Shown here in pieces: positions 10,456-19,973 of a DNA stretch of 64,000 nt. Position 1 is the stretch's first letter. Every line of letters begins with the position of its first letter. A program made the translations under genes and the position numbers. The DNA is from an uncultured delta proteobacterium (GTDB taxonomy: Bacteria; Desulfobacterota; Binatia; UBA9968), in the NCBI GenBank assembly GCA_963727625.1, contig CAVSHR010000004.1:1472001-1536000 (forward strand). Reading direction: 5' to 3'. The notes beneath the pieces are model-generated. The model made no database searches. It had not been told where the DNA came from and was given only the letters and a program-made list of their open reading frames with translations.

Positions 10456-10521
10456 ACGTTAAAGAATCGGAGCTTTCTCGAGCCTAATAGGGCGATGGTG
10501 CTCCAAGCCGGCGGCGAGAAG

Positions 10522-10968
10522 CTACGTGGAAACAAGAGCTGTTTCGACGTTCACCGCATCAAGCCTTTCCGCCTGCGCCGCCTTGAGCAAGTTTTTGTCG
10601 GCGGCGGCGAATCTCATTTCTTCCCCGAGCGCGGTTTTAAGGCAAAGCGCAGAGGCGAGATGAACGGCATCGAATCCTTTGAGCGAGTGGCGTTGGATCA
10701 AATCGCGGGCCAGAGCCAAAATCTCATCTTGTAGCTCCACTCGAACGTAGGCTAGCCAATCGTTCTCAAACTGGCGGCAAGCCAAAGAGTACTGCGCTTT
10801 GGACAAATGGCCTTCTCGGAGTTTGCGCGTGAGCCCGGCGAAGATTTCAGCGTAGGCGATTTTCGCGGTCGCAACGGCGTTCGCTCCTTGCACGAGGGAC
10901 TGAACCAAGGGCGAACCCTTTTCGTTAATGAACCGTTTAACGAGGGCGCTGGTATCGAGGTAGATCAC
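10522..10968 (-). CDS. vapC: VapC PIN-domain toxin
   Basis: YLDTSALVK, LKGFDAVHLASA and AADKNL motifs. Confidence 0.9.
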   Translation of the reverse strand: MIYLDTSALVKRFINEKGSPLVQSLVQGANAVATAKIAYAEIFAGLTRKLREGHLSKAQYSLACRQFENDWLAYVRVELQDEILALARDLIQRHSLKGFDAVHLASALCLKTALGEEMRFAAADKNLLKAAQAERLDAVNVETALVST

Positions 10969-11246
10969 CGCCGATCTTCTACGATAATCTTTGATAGCGG
11001 CTTTCCGGATACTTTTATCGCCCGGACCCGGCGCAAGGGCTTCCGGGTCGGCAACGTGACCAGTCCCTGCGCCGCGACCCTGGCAAGCTTAGCTTCCAGA
11101 CTAACCGCCTTATTCGCGCCCTTGATCGGCTGGATCAAGGCAATAGGATTACCCCGCTCGGTGACAATGACCTCTTCGCCTTGCTTGGTGCGTCGAAGGT
11201 ATCGTGTGAGGGAATTTTTCAGTTCCTTAATTCCAACCGTGCCCAT
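10965..11246 (-). CDS. Phd/YefM-family antitoxin
   Basis: VGIKELKNSLTRYLRR...GEEVIVTERGNPIALI; overlaps vapC by 4 bp. Confidence 0.9.
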   Translation of the reverse strand: MGTVGIKELKNSLTRYLRRTKQGEEVIVTERGNPIALIQPIKGANKAVSLEAKLARVAAQGLVTLPTRKPLRRVRAIKVSGKPLSKIIVEDRR

Positions 11247-11426
11247 GCAGATTCCTCCAATGTAGCCATGGTAGCTACTTTGGCCGCCAAGTCAAACCCC
11301 GAGACAATCGGCGCCCCACCGGTCAAAGAGGCGGCTGGGACCGGATGCTATGGCCGTTGAGCGCGATTGTCGCGAATTCTGCAAAAGCCCTATGTTCCGA
11401 CACATTCGGTTCGGAATTGAGAACCC

Positions 11427-11463
11427 GTAGGATGGGTGGAGGCGCAATGCGCTGATACCCATC
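11427..11463 (+). repeat. GTAG-type REP element
   Basis: GTAG tetranucleotide followed by the palindrome GATGGGT...ACCCATC, the architecture of RAYT-associated REPs. Confidence 0.65.
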
Positions 11464-11473
11464 GCGCTCGATC

Positions 11474-12817
11474 CTATTCGATACCCAGTGACTTCATCAG
11501 CCGTAAAAAATATTTAGTCTCGAGCCCGAGCGACCGCGCCGCCGCGGCCCGGTTGCCGTCGGTTTTGCGCAGTGCTTTGACGACCAAATCCTTGCGCGCG
11601 GCGTTGATGCCGTCGCGGTAGGATAGATTGTCTACGGACAGCGGAATCGATTCGCCGGCGAATCGCGACGGCAGGTCCGATGCTTCGATCATGTCGCCCG
11701 ATCCGAGCACAACCGCGTGTTCGATCACGTTTGCTAATTCCCGGACATTACCCGGCCAATCGTAATCCATCATTCTTGACTGCGCGTCATCGCTGATTCC
11801 GGTGAGGTGGCGTCGGGCCGAGATCGAAAACTTGCGCAAAAAATATTCGGCTAGAGTAGGAATGTCTTCTTTACGCTCCCGGAGCGGCGGCGGCGTGATC
11901 GCCACGACGTTGAGCCGGTGATAGAGATCGTCGCGAAAAGCGCCGCTCTTCACCGCCGCGTCAAGATCTCGATTGGTCGCCGCGATCACTCGAACGTCCA
12001 CGGAGATCGAGGTGACCCCACCAACCCGCTCGAATTCACGCTCCTGGAGAAAGCGCAGCAGCTTTGCCTGCATCTCGCGCGAGATATCGCCGATCTCGTC
12101 GAAAAAGATCGTGCCGCCGTTGGCCAGCTCGATCTTGCCTTTTTTCATTTTGTGCGCGCCGGTAAACGCGCCCTGTTCGTGGCCGAACAGATCGCTTTCC
12201 AGCAGTTCTTTCGATAAGCCGACCGAGTTGATCGCGATAAACGGCCGATTGACCCGCTCGCTCTGATTGTGGATGAACCGGGCAAACAACTCTTTGCCCG
12301 TGCCACTCTCGCCCAATAGCAATACGGTGGAATTGCTCGCCGCCGCTTTCCGCGCCATTTCCACCGTGCGCTTCATCTTCGGGCTTTCGCCGACGATCAA
12401 ATGATAACGATCGCGCAGCTCATCCGAGAGCACTTCGACTTCCCGCTTCAGCGACTGCCGCTCGATCGCCTTGCGCACCACCAGCTCGATGTGATCGGGA
12501 TCGAAGGGCCGGGTGATGAAATCGTAGGCGCCGGCTTTCATGACCTCGACCGCGCGCTCGACGGAACCGTATGCCGTGATCATGATGACCGGCGTGTCGT
12601 TGTTCTTGGCGCGAAGTTCTTGTAGAACCTCGAGGCCGCTCATGTCCGGCATCATGTAATCGAGGATCACCAGATCCAGCGGAGCCGATTCGATCTTTGC
12701 CAAAGCCTCTCTGCCGCCCCCCACCGTATCGACGGCAAAGCCCTTGTGCACCAGCTCCTGCGCCAGAATCTTTCGATTAGACGGCTCGTCGTCGGCGATG
12801 AGGATTTTATCAGCCAT
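11474..12817 (-). CDS. Sigma54-dependent response regulator (NtrC/AtoC family)
   Basis: Receiver domain (ADDE, LDYMMP), [22 protein letters not shown] and a C-terminal Fis HTH. Confidence 0.95.
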   Translation of the reverse strand: MADKILIADDEPSNRKILAQELVHKGFAVDTVGGGREALAKIESAPLDLVILDYMMPDMSGLEVLQELRAKNNDTPVIMITAYGSVERAVEVMKAGAYDFITRPFDPDHIELVVRKAIERQSLKREVEVLSDELRDRYHLIVGESPKMKRTVEMARKAAASNSTVLLLGESGTGKELFARFIHNQSERVNRPFIAINSVGLSKELLESDLFGHEQGAFTGAHKMKKGKIELANGGTIFFDEIGDISREMQAKLLRFLQEREFERVGGVTSISVDVRVIAATNRDLDAAVKSGAFRDDLYHRLNVVAITPPPLRERKEDIPTLAEYFLRKFSISARRHLTGISDDAQSRMMDYDWPGNVRELANVIEHAVVLGSGDMIEASDLPSRFAGESIPLSVDNLSYRDGINAARKDLVVKALRKTDGNRAAAARSLGLETKYFLRLMKSLGIE

Positions 12818-12820
12818 AAT

Positions 12821-14713
12821 CTAACCGGCAACACTTTCTCTATGTTTGGCCGGCAGCGTCACGGTAAAAGTTGACCCTTTGCCGACCTCGCTCTCCACCA
12901 CCACCGTTCCTCCTAACAATTCAGCCAGCCGCTTCACGATCGCTAGTCCCAGACCGGTCCCGTGGTATTGTCCGTCCGTCGACATCGTGCCCCGGTCAAA
13001 TTCCTCAAAAATTCGGGTCATATCCGCCGGATCTATCCCGATTCCAGTATCCATCACCGCAAGCTTGAAATCACCGTTGACCTGGCACGCGGATATTCTT
13101 ATCTCACCCCGCTCAGTGAATTTCACAGCGTTACCGAGCAAGTTAATAACAATTTGGCGCAGCTTATCGCGATCCGTGTTCAATGGCACCATCTTTTCCG
13201 GAAGATCACGGACCAACCTAACCATGCGTTTGTCCAAAATTGGTTCTACAGCCGACGCGACGCCGTGAATCAACTCGTCCACCCGCACCGGCACAATTTG
13301 GACTTCCATCTTTCCTGCCTCGATTTTGGCGAAATCCAGGAGGCTATCGATCATAATAAGCAGCCGCTCGGCGTTGCGCAGCAGATCGTCCAGGTTCTCC
13401 CGCTGCAAAGAAGAAATTTGATCTCCGCTCTCCCGCCGCAGCAAGCGCGCATAGCCGATTATCGAACTCAGCGGTGTGCGCAACTCGTGATTGACGTTGG
13501 CAAGAAACCTCGACTTGTGCTTGCTCGCTTCCGCCAGATTGATGTTAGCAATCCGTAATTCACTTGTCCGCTCTGCCACTTTGCGCTCCAGATCCGCATA
13601 CGAGTTCCTGAGATGCGCGGCCATGTCATTGAACTCATCCGCAAGAACCTCAATCTCGTCCCCCGTCCTGATATCGAGGCGCGCGCTTAAATCGCCCTCC
13701 CGAGCGCGCTCGACCCCTTGACGGAGCGCCTCAAGGGGGACAACCACGCGACGCCTGATCATTAGAGTGGCGAGCAAAGCGACCACCAGAGCAACTATGA
13801 ATGCCCCTCCGGTGCGCAACATAGAAGCGTATAAGGGCGCGTAAATCTCCGCGATTGGCTGCTCGACAAAAACCACCCAACCGAGGCTGGGAATGAGCGC
13901 ATAGGAGGTGAATACTGGTTTTCCTTCCATATTGCGCGCCACAAACGCTTTTAAAGAAGTCGGGCGAGCGAGTCTATTAAACGCGGTCTTTATTTGTTCC
14001 ATTACCGCAAGGTTTCGTTTCTGCAATACTCGGCTAAGATCAGGGTGTCCAATGAGTTGACCCCTCCGATTGACCAAGTAGGCGTAGCCTTTCTTCCCTA
14101 CTCGCACTTGTGACATGACTTCGTCGATATATTTGAGGTCTAGCTCCGCGAGCAGCATTCCAATGATTTCGCCAGCGATTCGCTCAATGGGCACGGCGAT
14201 GCGCATATAGGGCCCGGTGCCCTCAATAAAATACACTGGACCGAAGTAAGATCTTCCTTCTTTGACTTGATCCAGTAATGTATGGGGGAGGCCATCCCAA
14301 TCGTCGCTGGTAAAAACAGGCCGCAAGCGCCCAGCATCCGCTCGTGGTACTCCGTTCATGTCGAAGGCAACTGCTAAAGTGATCGACGGCGCATTGACAA
14401 GCAATCTCCTCAATTCCCACTTGTAATCGGACGTAAGTCCGACCTGGACAAGTTCACTCGTTCGTGTCGCCGCCCTCAAAGTGCGTTTTTGTTCTTGCAG
14501 AAACCGCTCAATTTTAAACGCCGTAGCTTCGGCGAACTCGTTCTGAATGACACTTAGATGCTCTAGGTTCTCTTGGTGGCTAAAGTAAACTTCGAGACTT
14601 CCGCTCGTGATGAGCCCGACGCAAATAATTATGAATGAGATAACGAAATACTGACGTATAAATCTACCTTTGCGCGCTCGCCGGAGCCGTAGTCCTGGTT
14701 TTCTTACCAGCAT
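12821..14713 (-). CDS. Sensor histidine kinase (dCache-HAMP-HisKA-HATPase)
   Basis: Two TM segments, Cache-like YAYLVN..G..IGHP, HAMP, HELRTPL, NLLGNAVKFT and GTGLGL. Confidence 0.93.
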   Translation of the reverse strand: MLVRKPGLRLRRARKGRFIRQYFVISFIIICVGLITSGSLEVYFSHQENLEHLSVIQNEFAEATAFKIERFLQEQKRTLRAATRTSELVQVGLTSDYKWELRRLLVNAPSITLAVAFDMNGVPRADAGRLRPVFTSDDWDGLPHTLLDQVKEGRSYFGPVYFIEGTGPYMRIAVPIERIAGEIIGMLLAELDLKYIDEVMSQVRVGKKGYAYLVNRRGQLIGHPDLSRVLQKRNLAVMEQIKTAFNRLARPTSLKAFVARNMEGKPVFTSYALIPSLGWVVFVEQPIAEIYAPLYASMLRTGGAFIVALVVALLATLMIRRRVVVPLEALRQGVERAREGDLSARLDIRTGDEIEVLADEFNDMAAHLRNSYADLERKVAERTSELRIANINLAEASKHKSRFLANVNHELRTPLSSIIGYARLLRRESGDQISSLQRENLDDLLRNAERLLIMIDSLLDFAKIEAGKMEVQIVPVRVDELIHGVASAVEPILDKRMVRLVRDLPEKMVPLNTDRDKLRQIVINLLGNAVKFTERGEIRISACQVNGDFKLAVMDTGIGIDPADMTRIFEEFDRGTMSTDGQYHGTGLGLAIVKRLAELLGGTVVVESEVGKGSTFTVTLPAKHRESVAG

Positions 14714-14724
14714 GGTTCTTGCAA

Positions 14725-15696
14725 TTATCGGATTACTTCATTCGCTTCCAGGAGAATTTGCGGTGGGATTTTCCACAGCATTCTATGAGCGGTTCGGAGG
14801 TTGATCACGAATTCAAACTGCGGTGGTTCGACCGGCAGGACAGACGGGCTGGTACCTTTGATAATCTTATCGACATAGTAAGCGGCGCGCCGCCATGACG
14901 CTGTGTAATCAACACCGAAAGACATTAGCCCTCCTTTTTCGACAAACTCCCGAGATTCGTACATCGTCGGCAGACGCTGCTTAGCGGTAAAATTGATGAT
15001 TCGATCGGCATTTTGAATCGTAAACGAATTGCGTACCGTGATGAGGGCATCCGGGCCAGTCGCTGCGATTTTAACAAAAGCTTGATCGAGCTCTTCCGCA
15101 GTGAATGCGTTCACAGCCTCCAACCCGAGATCCATCTTCGCAGCTTCCTTCAAATAGTCTTTCACGCGGGCGGGTCGATGGTCTGCATTCAGGAGCATCA
15201 CACGAAACATTTGGGGAAAAATATCCTTGAGCAGTTCAACTCTTTTTCCTTCGTCGCGCTGGGCCGAGCTGGATAAACCTGTGACGTTTCCCGCCGGCGC
15301 AGAAAGAGTCTTAACGAACCCTCGGCCCACGGGATTACCGCCGCTGATCATGATAATGGGTATCGTTTTTGTAGTTTTAAGCGCGCCGGCTATTGCTGTG
15401 GTGCCCACCGCAACGATGGCCGAGACACCGAGTTTAGCCAAATCGCCCGCGAGGTCAGGTAAATGCTTAATTTTGCGATTGGCGGGGCGGTATTCGATTA
15501 AAATATCCTTGCCGACGATATAGCCAAACTTTTCGAAGCCCTGAACTAAGGCGTTGAGGTGGCGTTTCGCTTCCGGCTCGGTAAGGCTACCCGGCATTAA
15601 TACACCGATGCGGGGTATTCGAAGCTGCGTTTGCGCAGCGGCAAGCCCTTGGCTTAAGAATACCCAAACCGAAAGCAGCCGACAGATCGTTTTCAT
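14725..15696 (-). CDS. ABC substrate-binding protein (ABC_sub_bind family)
   Basis: PAGNVTGLS, GGLMSFG, YVDKIIKG..P..LPVE and FVINLRTA motifs. In an operon with the kinase and regulator. Confidence 0.85.
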   Translation of the reverse strand: MKTICRLLSVWVFLSQGLAAAQTQLRIPRIGVLMPGSLTEPEAKRHLNALVQGFEKFGYIVGKDILIEYRPANRKIKHLPDLAGDLAKLGVSAIVAVGTTAIAGALKTTKTIPIIMISGGNPVGRGFVKTLSAPAGNVTGLSSSAQRDEGKRVELLKDIFPQMFRVMLLNADHRPARVKDYLKEAAKMDLGLEAVNAFTAEELDQAFVKIAATGPDALITVRNSFTIQNADRIINFTAKQRLPTMYESREFVEKGGLMSFGVDYTASWRRAAYYVDKIIKGTSPSVLPVEPPQFEFVINLRTAHRMLWKIPPQILLEANEVIR

Positions 15697-16112
15697 CTAT
15701 CTAGCCCGGATAACCTTCTACCAAGAAACGCTTTTGCGGCCATACGCATCCAATGCGTAACTGTACTACTCTAACGCTGCTCCGCACGAGTTTTTTCGAC
15801 TCCGATCTCCAAACCGTAGACTTGGGGAATTCGATTACATCAAATCAGTAGACTGAGCAAGCGTCGCAAGTGAGGACATCGGCACTTTCTCCTTGGCGCC
15901 TTGCATTCCTTTGACGTTGTTCAAAACATGCTTCGCGAGATCGGTACCAAAGCAATTTTATATCATACGACTCGTTGGTAGAGTGAGCGTGAATTTCGAC
16001 CCCTTCCCCACCTCGCTCTCGACCGCAACCGTTCCCCCCAACAAGTCCGCCAGCCTCTTCACGATCGCGAGTCCCAAACCCGTCCCGTGATACTGTCCGT
16101 TCCTCGACATCG

Positions 16113-17238
16113 TATCAATCGTTGCAAAAGTAATGGCTATTTGTAGGTAACTGGTGTAGAGTCTACTTATGCCAAGGAAAGCAAAGAAGAAGCCGGTAAG
16201 CGTTAGAGCGCAAGTCCGTTATGAGAAGCGGCGCATGGCAGTTGAAGCCCTGAGCAAAGGAGAGCTAGCTTCAGATGTGGCTCGAGTGATGAAGATTCCG
16301 CGAAGAACGCTATTCACTTGGATAGCTCGCTACCGGCATGGAGGCGAGCATGCCTTGCAAGACCGCCAGAAGAGCGGGCGACCTCGAAAGGCCGAGGCGA
16401 AAGTTCTGCAATGGCTTTACGACGCGATTACACTGGGCGACCCGCGGCAATACCAATTGCCATATTGCCTGTGGACGCTGGCGATCGTGCGGCGATTGTT
16501 GAAGAAGGAGCATGGCGTGGAAATGAGCAAGAGTGGAGTGAGCCGCATGCTCAAGCATTTGGGGCTGAGCCCACAGCGGCCAATTTACAGGAGCTACAAG
16601 CGCGATCCCGAGGAGATGAAGAAGTATCTGGATAAGACGTTTCCCGGCTTGCGGGCCAAAGCAGGTCGAATGGGGGCCGCGATCTACTTTGTGGATGAGG
16701 CGTCGGTCCGGTCGGACGCTCATCGCGGAACGACCTGGGGCAAGATCGGGCAGACCCCGGAGGCTGACGACAGTGGCGACCGCTTCAGCATCCGGCTCAT
16801 CAGCGCAGTCAGCCCGCGTGGGGACATGAAATTCAGCAGCTTCACAGGCAGAATGAACGGCATCCGTTTTGTGAACTTTCTCAAGAAGCTCCATGCCGAT
16901 GTCGGCCGCCCCATCATCGTCATCGCGGACAACGCCAGCTACCACACTGGCGGGGTTGTCCAGCGCTACGTGAAGCAGACTCGCGGACAGGTCACTGTGG
17001 GAAGCCTGCCCAGATACTCGCCAGAGCTCAATCCGGACGAACAAGTGTGGAATCATGCGAAGGCAAGACTCGCCAAGCTATTCGTGGCGACTAAGGATGA
17101 GTTCAAAGCGGCTCTATCCTCGATTCTGCTCTCGATTCAAAGGTCGACTGATCTTGTCCTCTCCTTCTTTCAGCTTCCTGACACCCAGTATGCTGCCAAA
17201 GCTGTCTTCTAGTGCATATACTTATGCAATGATTGATA
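16113..17238 (+). mobile_element. IS630-family insertion sequence, copy 1 (1126 bp including both TA)
   Basis: Imperfect TIRs TATCAATCGTTGCAAAAGTA and TATCAATCATTGCATAAGTA (reverse complement), TA duplication, second copy at 23800-24925. Confidence 0.95.
16169..17212 (+). CDS. IS630 transposase
   Basis: HTH plus DDE motifs [13 protein letters not shown] and [12 protein letters not shown]. Confidence 0.95.
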   Translation: MPRKAKKKPVSVRAQVRYEKRRMAVEALSKGELASDVARVMKIPRRTLFTWIARYRHGGEHALQDRQKSGRPRKAEAKVLQWLYDAITLGDPRQYQLPYCLWTLAIVRRLLKKEHGVEMSKSGVSRMLKHLGLSPQRPIYRSYKRDPEEMKKYLDKTFPGLRAKAGRMGAAIYFVDEASVRSDAHRGTTWGKIGQTPEADDSGDRFSIRLISAVSPRGDMKFSSFTGRMNGIRFVNFLKKLHADVGRPIIVIADNASYHTGGVVQRYVKQTRGQVTVGSLPRYSPELNPDEQVWNHAKARLAKLFVATKDEFKAALSSILLSIQRSTDLVLSFFQLPDTQYAAKAVF

Positions 17239-18010
17239 CCCCGGTCAAATTCCTCGAAGATCCGGTTCAAATCCCCTGGATCGATACCGATGCCGGTATC
17301 GGCTACCGCCAGCTTGAAATCACCATTGACCTGAATAGCAGAGATTCTTATCTCCCCTCGCTCGGTAAATTTCACCGCGTTGCCTAGCAAATTAAGCACG
17401 ATCTGACGCAGTTTTTCCCGATCCGTGTTCAACGGCGCTATCGTCGGCGGCACGTCGAGGACAAGCCGCACGGCCTCATTGTTCACCACCCGCTCGATCG
17501 TCGCCGCGACCCCTTGTATCAATTCGTCGACCCTGACCGGTTCGACGTTAACCTCCATCTTCCCGGCTTCGATCTTGGCGAAATCCAGAAGGCTGTCGAT
17601 CATACCGAGCAGCCGCTCGGCGTTGCGCAGAAGATCTTCGATATTCTCCTGCTGCAATGACGAGATCTGCCCTTCGGTTTGCCGCCGCAGCAAACGAGCG
17701 TACCCGATAATCGAGCTGAGCGGCGTGCGCAGCTCGTGATTAACGTTGGCAAGAAAACGTGACTTGTGCCGGCTAGCATCGGCGAGCTTGATGTTGGCAG
17801 TCCGCAATTCACTTGTCCGCTCTGCTACTTTACGCTCCAAGCCAGCATACAGCTCGTTCAGCGACCGTGCCATCTCGTTAAAGCTCGTCGCCAACTGGCC
17901 GACTTCGTCATGCGATTCGACGGGAATCACTTGACTCCACCTACCCTGACTCATCTGCTGAGCTTGTGTCGTAAGCTGCTTGATCGGGCGCGTGATTCTT
18001 ACAGAGAAGT

Positions 18011-18970
18011 CAGAAGCGTCCGACAGATTTTAGGTCTCTCTGATAAAAAGCTAGGTATTGCGCAGTGTTCATAAAGTATCGAGGTGTTAACGATTTGAAT
18101 TTATATTGTCATTGTCGGCAGTCTTTCGGGACTTTCCCGGGAGGCACCGATGCACACAGGCAATCTGGTATTCGCACAACTCATGGAGTTTGCGCCGTGG
18201 CATACGTTTCGTCGGCTGGTGGCGAAGTATCGTGGCGATTTCAACGTGCGCACCTTCAGCTGCTTGGACCAGTTTCTCTCGATGGCCTTCGCACAGCTAA
18301 CCTACCGCGAAAGCCTGCGCGACATCGAGGCGTGTTTGCGCGCGCAGCCCGCCAAGCTCTATCATATGGGTCTTCGCGGCAAGCTAAGCCGCAGTGCTCT
18401 GGCCGACGCCAACGAGTCGCGCGATTGGCGCATCTTTGCCGAGTACGCTCATGCACTTATCCGCACCGCACGCAGACTGTATTCCCAGGACTCTCTTTCT
18501 GTGGAGCTTGCCGAGACGGTTTACGCTTTGGATGCCACCACCATCGACTTGTGCTTGTCGCTGTTCGCGTGGGCCAAGTTTCGCAAGACCAAAGCGGCGA
18601 TCAAGCTGCACACGCTGCTCGACTTGCGCGGCGCGATTCCCAGCTTCATTCACATCTCCGACGGCAAGCTGCACGATGTCAATGTTCTCGATGTGTTGAT
18701 TGCCGAACCGGGCGCGTTCTACGTCATGGACCGCGGCTACATCGACTTCGAGCGGCTGTACCGCCTCGATCAGGACGCCAGCTTCTTCGTCACTCGTGCC
18801 AAAGCCAACTTCAAATTCAAGCGCGTCTACTCCCGACCGGTCGATCGCCGCACCGGATTGCTCTGCGACCAGGAAGTAAACTTGGTCGTACCGCGTTCTG
18901 TGAAGGCCTATCCCGCGCGCCTGCGCCGGATTCGCTATCGCGATGCCGAAGGACGGCGGTTGGTGTTTTT
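18011..18970 (+). mobile_element. IS4-family element, 3'-truncated
   Basis: Begins CAGAAGCGTCCGACAG where the kinase frame breaks; transposase is cut off by the IS21 end at 18971. Exact left boundary is inferred. Confidence 0.75.
18150..18970 (+). pseudogene. IS4-family transposase (DUF4372 + DDE), C-terminus lost
   Basis: QLTYRESLRDIEACL, ALDATTIDL, IKLHTLLD and MDRGY motifs. Ends at RRLVF before the expected Y..RW..E motif. Confidence 0.88.
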
Positions 18971-19049
18971 CCTCAATGGTCACTTCAAAACCGGCCATTA
19001 GTGGTCAGCGCAAAACCGGCCAACGGAGAGCGTGCGAGACAGGGTTGTT

Positions 19050-19481
19050 TTAACCTTTTGCCTCCTGGTTGGGCAAGTCCATTTTGGTTCTCCAACTGCG
19101 CGGTCCGCATTTGAGAACGTGACCGTGGTGCAGCAAGCGATCGAGCATAGCAGAGACCGCAGCGCTGTCACCGAGTAGCTTTCCCCAATCTTCGACAGGA
19201 CGGTTCGAGGTCATCAGAGTGCTGGCCCGTTCATAGCGGCGCATGACGATCTCCAGGATGTCCTCGGCCGCGGTGGACGGGAGCTTGCGCATGCCCAGAT
19301 CATCGATGATGAGCAGCGGCACGGTGGCCAGAAGTTCCATGTGCTGTTTGCGGGAGCCGTCGATGGTGGCTTCGGCGATCTCGTCAAGCAGGGTATGGGT
19401 CTCACGGTAGAGTACGCGATAGCCCTGTTGGATGGCGGCCAGACCGATGGCCTGAGCCAAGTGGCTCTTGCCGGTGCCGGG
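19050..19481 (-). pseudogene. istB: IstB ATPase, C-terminal part
   Basis: PGTGKSHLAQAIG, LLIIDDLG, TSNRP..W and LDRLLHH motifs. Joins in frame to 22403-22080. Confidence 0.92.
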
Positions 19482-19960
19482 CGAACCCGTCACACAATGC
19501 TCAGTTTTCAACATCAGTAACAATCCATTATCCCTGGCATCCGCTGTTCGGCACGACGCTGTCAGTGAAACGGTCCCATAGAGGGTCGGACAGAGAAGTA
19601 TCACTTGTTTGCTTGCTCGGCGACAGCACCTGGGCGTTGATTCCGAGCTGGATGACGATGCGGGAGCGGTGTGCCGAATTGAAGATGGTTGAAACACCGG
19701 AGCTTTCGGTTTCAGCCCTGAGGGAAGTCGCGCAGTTTATGGCGTTGTTGAGTTGCCCTACCAATGTGGAGAACATCCGAGCTAAGGGAAATCACAAGGA
19801 GGCTCGGCAGGATGAAAGTCAGCAAGCGGATGCAGTTGGATCTGGTTTGGATCGAGGAAGTCTGCTGGGAGGATCTGCCCGTTCAGACACGGCAACAGGT
19901 CAAGGAGTTGATCGTCAAGTTACTGCGCCAGGCAGCCAGAGAGGGGGTGAAGGAAAATGA
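19481..19960 (+). CDS. Att-split accessory ORF (DUF5372/Y4bD-like); 5' codons lie at the element's right end, 22064-22078
   Basis: Frame is open from the left att core: ANPSHNAQFSTSVTIHYPWHPLFG...LIPSWMT. No ATG/GTG/TTG precedes the HPLFG motif in the integrated state. Stop overlaps the LSR ATG (ATGA). Family call is from motif recall. Confidence 0.7.
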   Translation, partial: ANPSHNAQFSTSVTIHYPWHPLFGTTLSVKRSHRGSDREVSLVCLLGDSTWALIPSWMTMRERCAELKMVETPELSVSALREVAQFMALLSCPTNVENIRAKGNHKEARQDESQQADAVGSGLDRGSLLGGSARSDTATGQGVDRQVTAPGSQRGGEGK

Positions 19961-19973
19961 TGCTGATGAATAA
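19812..19973 (+). CDS. Small helical protein upstream of the LSR
   Basis: 53 aa MKVSKRMQLDL...WEDLPVQTRQQVKELIVKLL, AAGGAGG upstream, overlaps the LSR start. Confidence 0.6.
   Translation: MKVSKRMQLDLVWIEEVCWEDLPVQTRQQVKELIVKLLRQAAREGVKENDADE

Larger units (their letters stand above)
15958..18010 (-). pseudogene. Histidine kinase paralog, split by IS630 and 5'-truncated by IS4
   Basis: Removing the IS630 rejoins ...EEFDRG|[27 protein letters not shown]...TSRMI* (stop 15958-15960). Upstream, FSVRITRPIKQL (start of HAMP) abuts the IS4 end near 18010. Confidence 0.9.

Noticed and set aside
15934-15949. Minus-strand sigma54-like box TGGTAC-CGATC-TCGCG
   Set aside because: The -12 element is weak and there is no supporting enhancer; it could be chance.
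17103-17954. 283-aa ORF as an intact kinase
   Set aside because: The tail after EEFDRG reads into IS630, the real C-terminus is at 16112-15958, and the sensor region is missing.
18971-19026. Repeated GGTCA..AAAACCGGCCA units as a CRISPR array
   Set aside because: Only two abutting units per end, no spacers and no cas genes; they are IS21 terminal repeats.
19050-19697. 215-aa ORF as a full IstB
   Set aside because: The N-terminal part is antisense LSR-element DNA; the true N-terminus is at 22403-22080.
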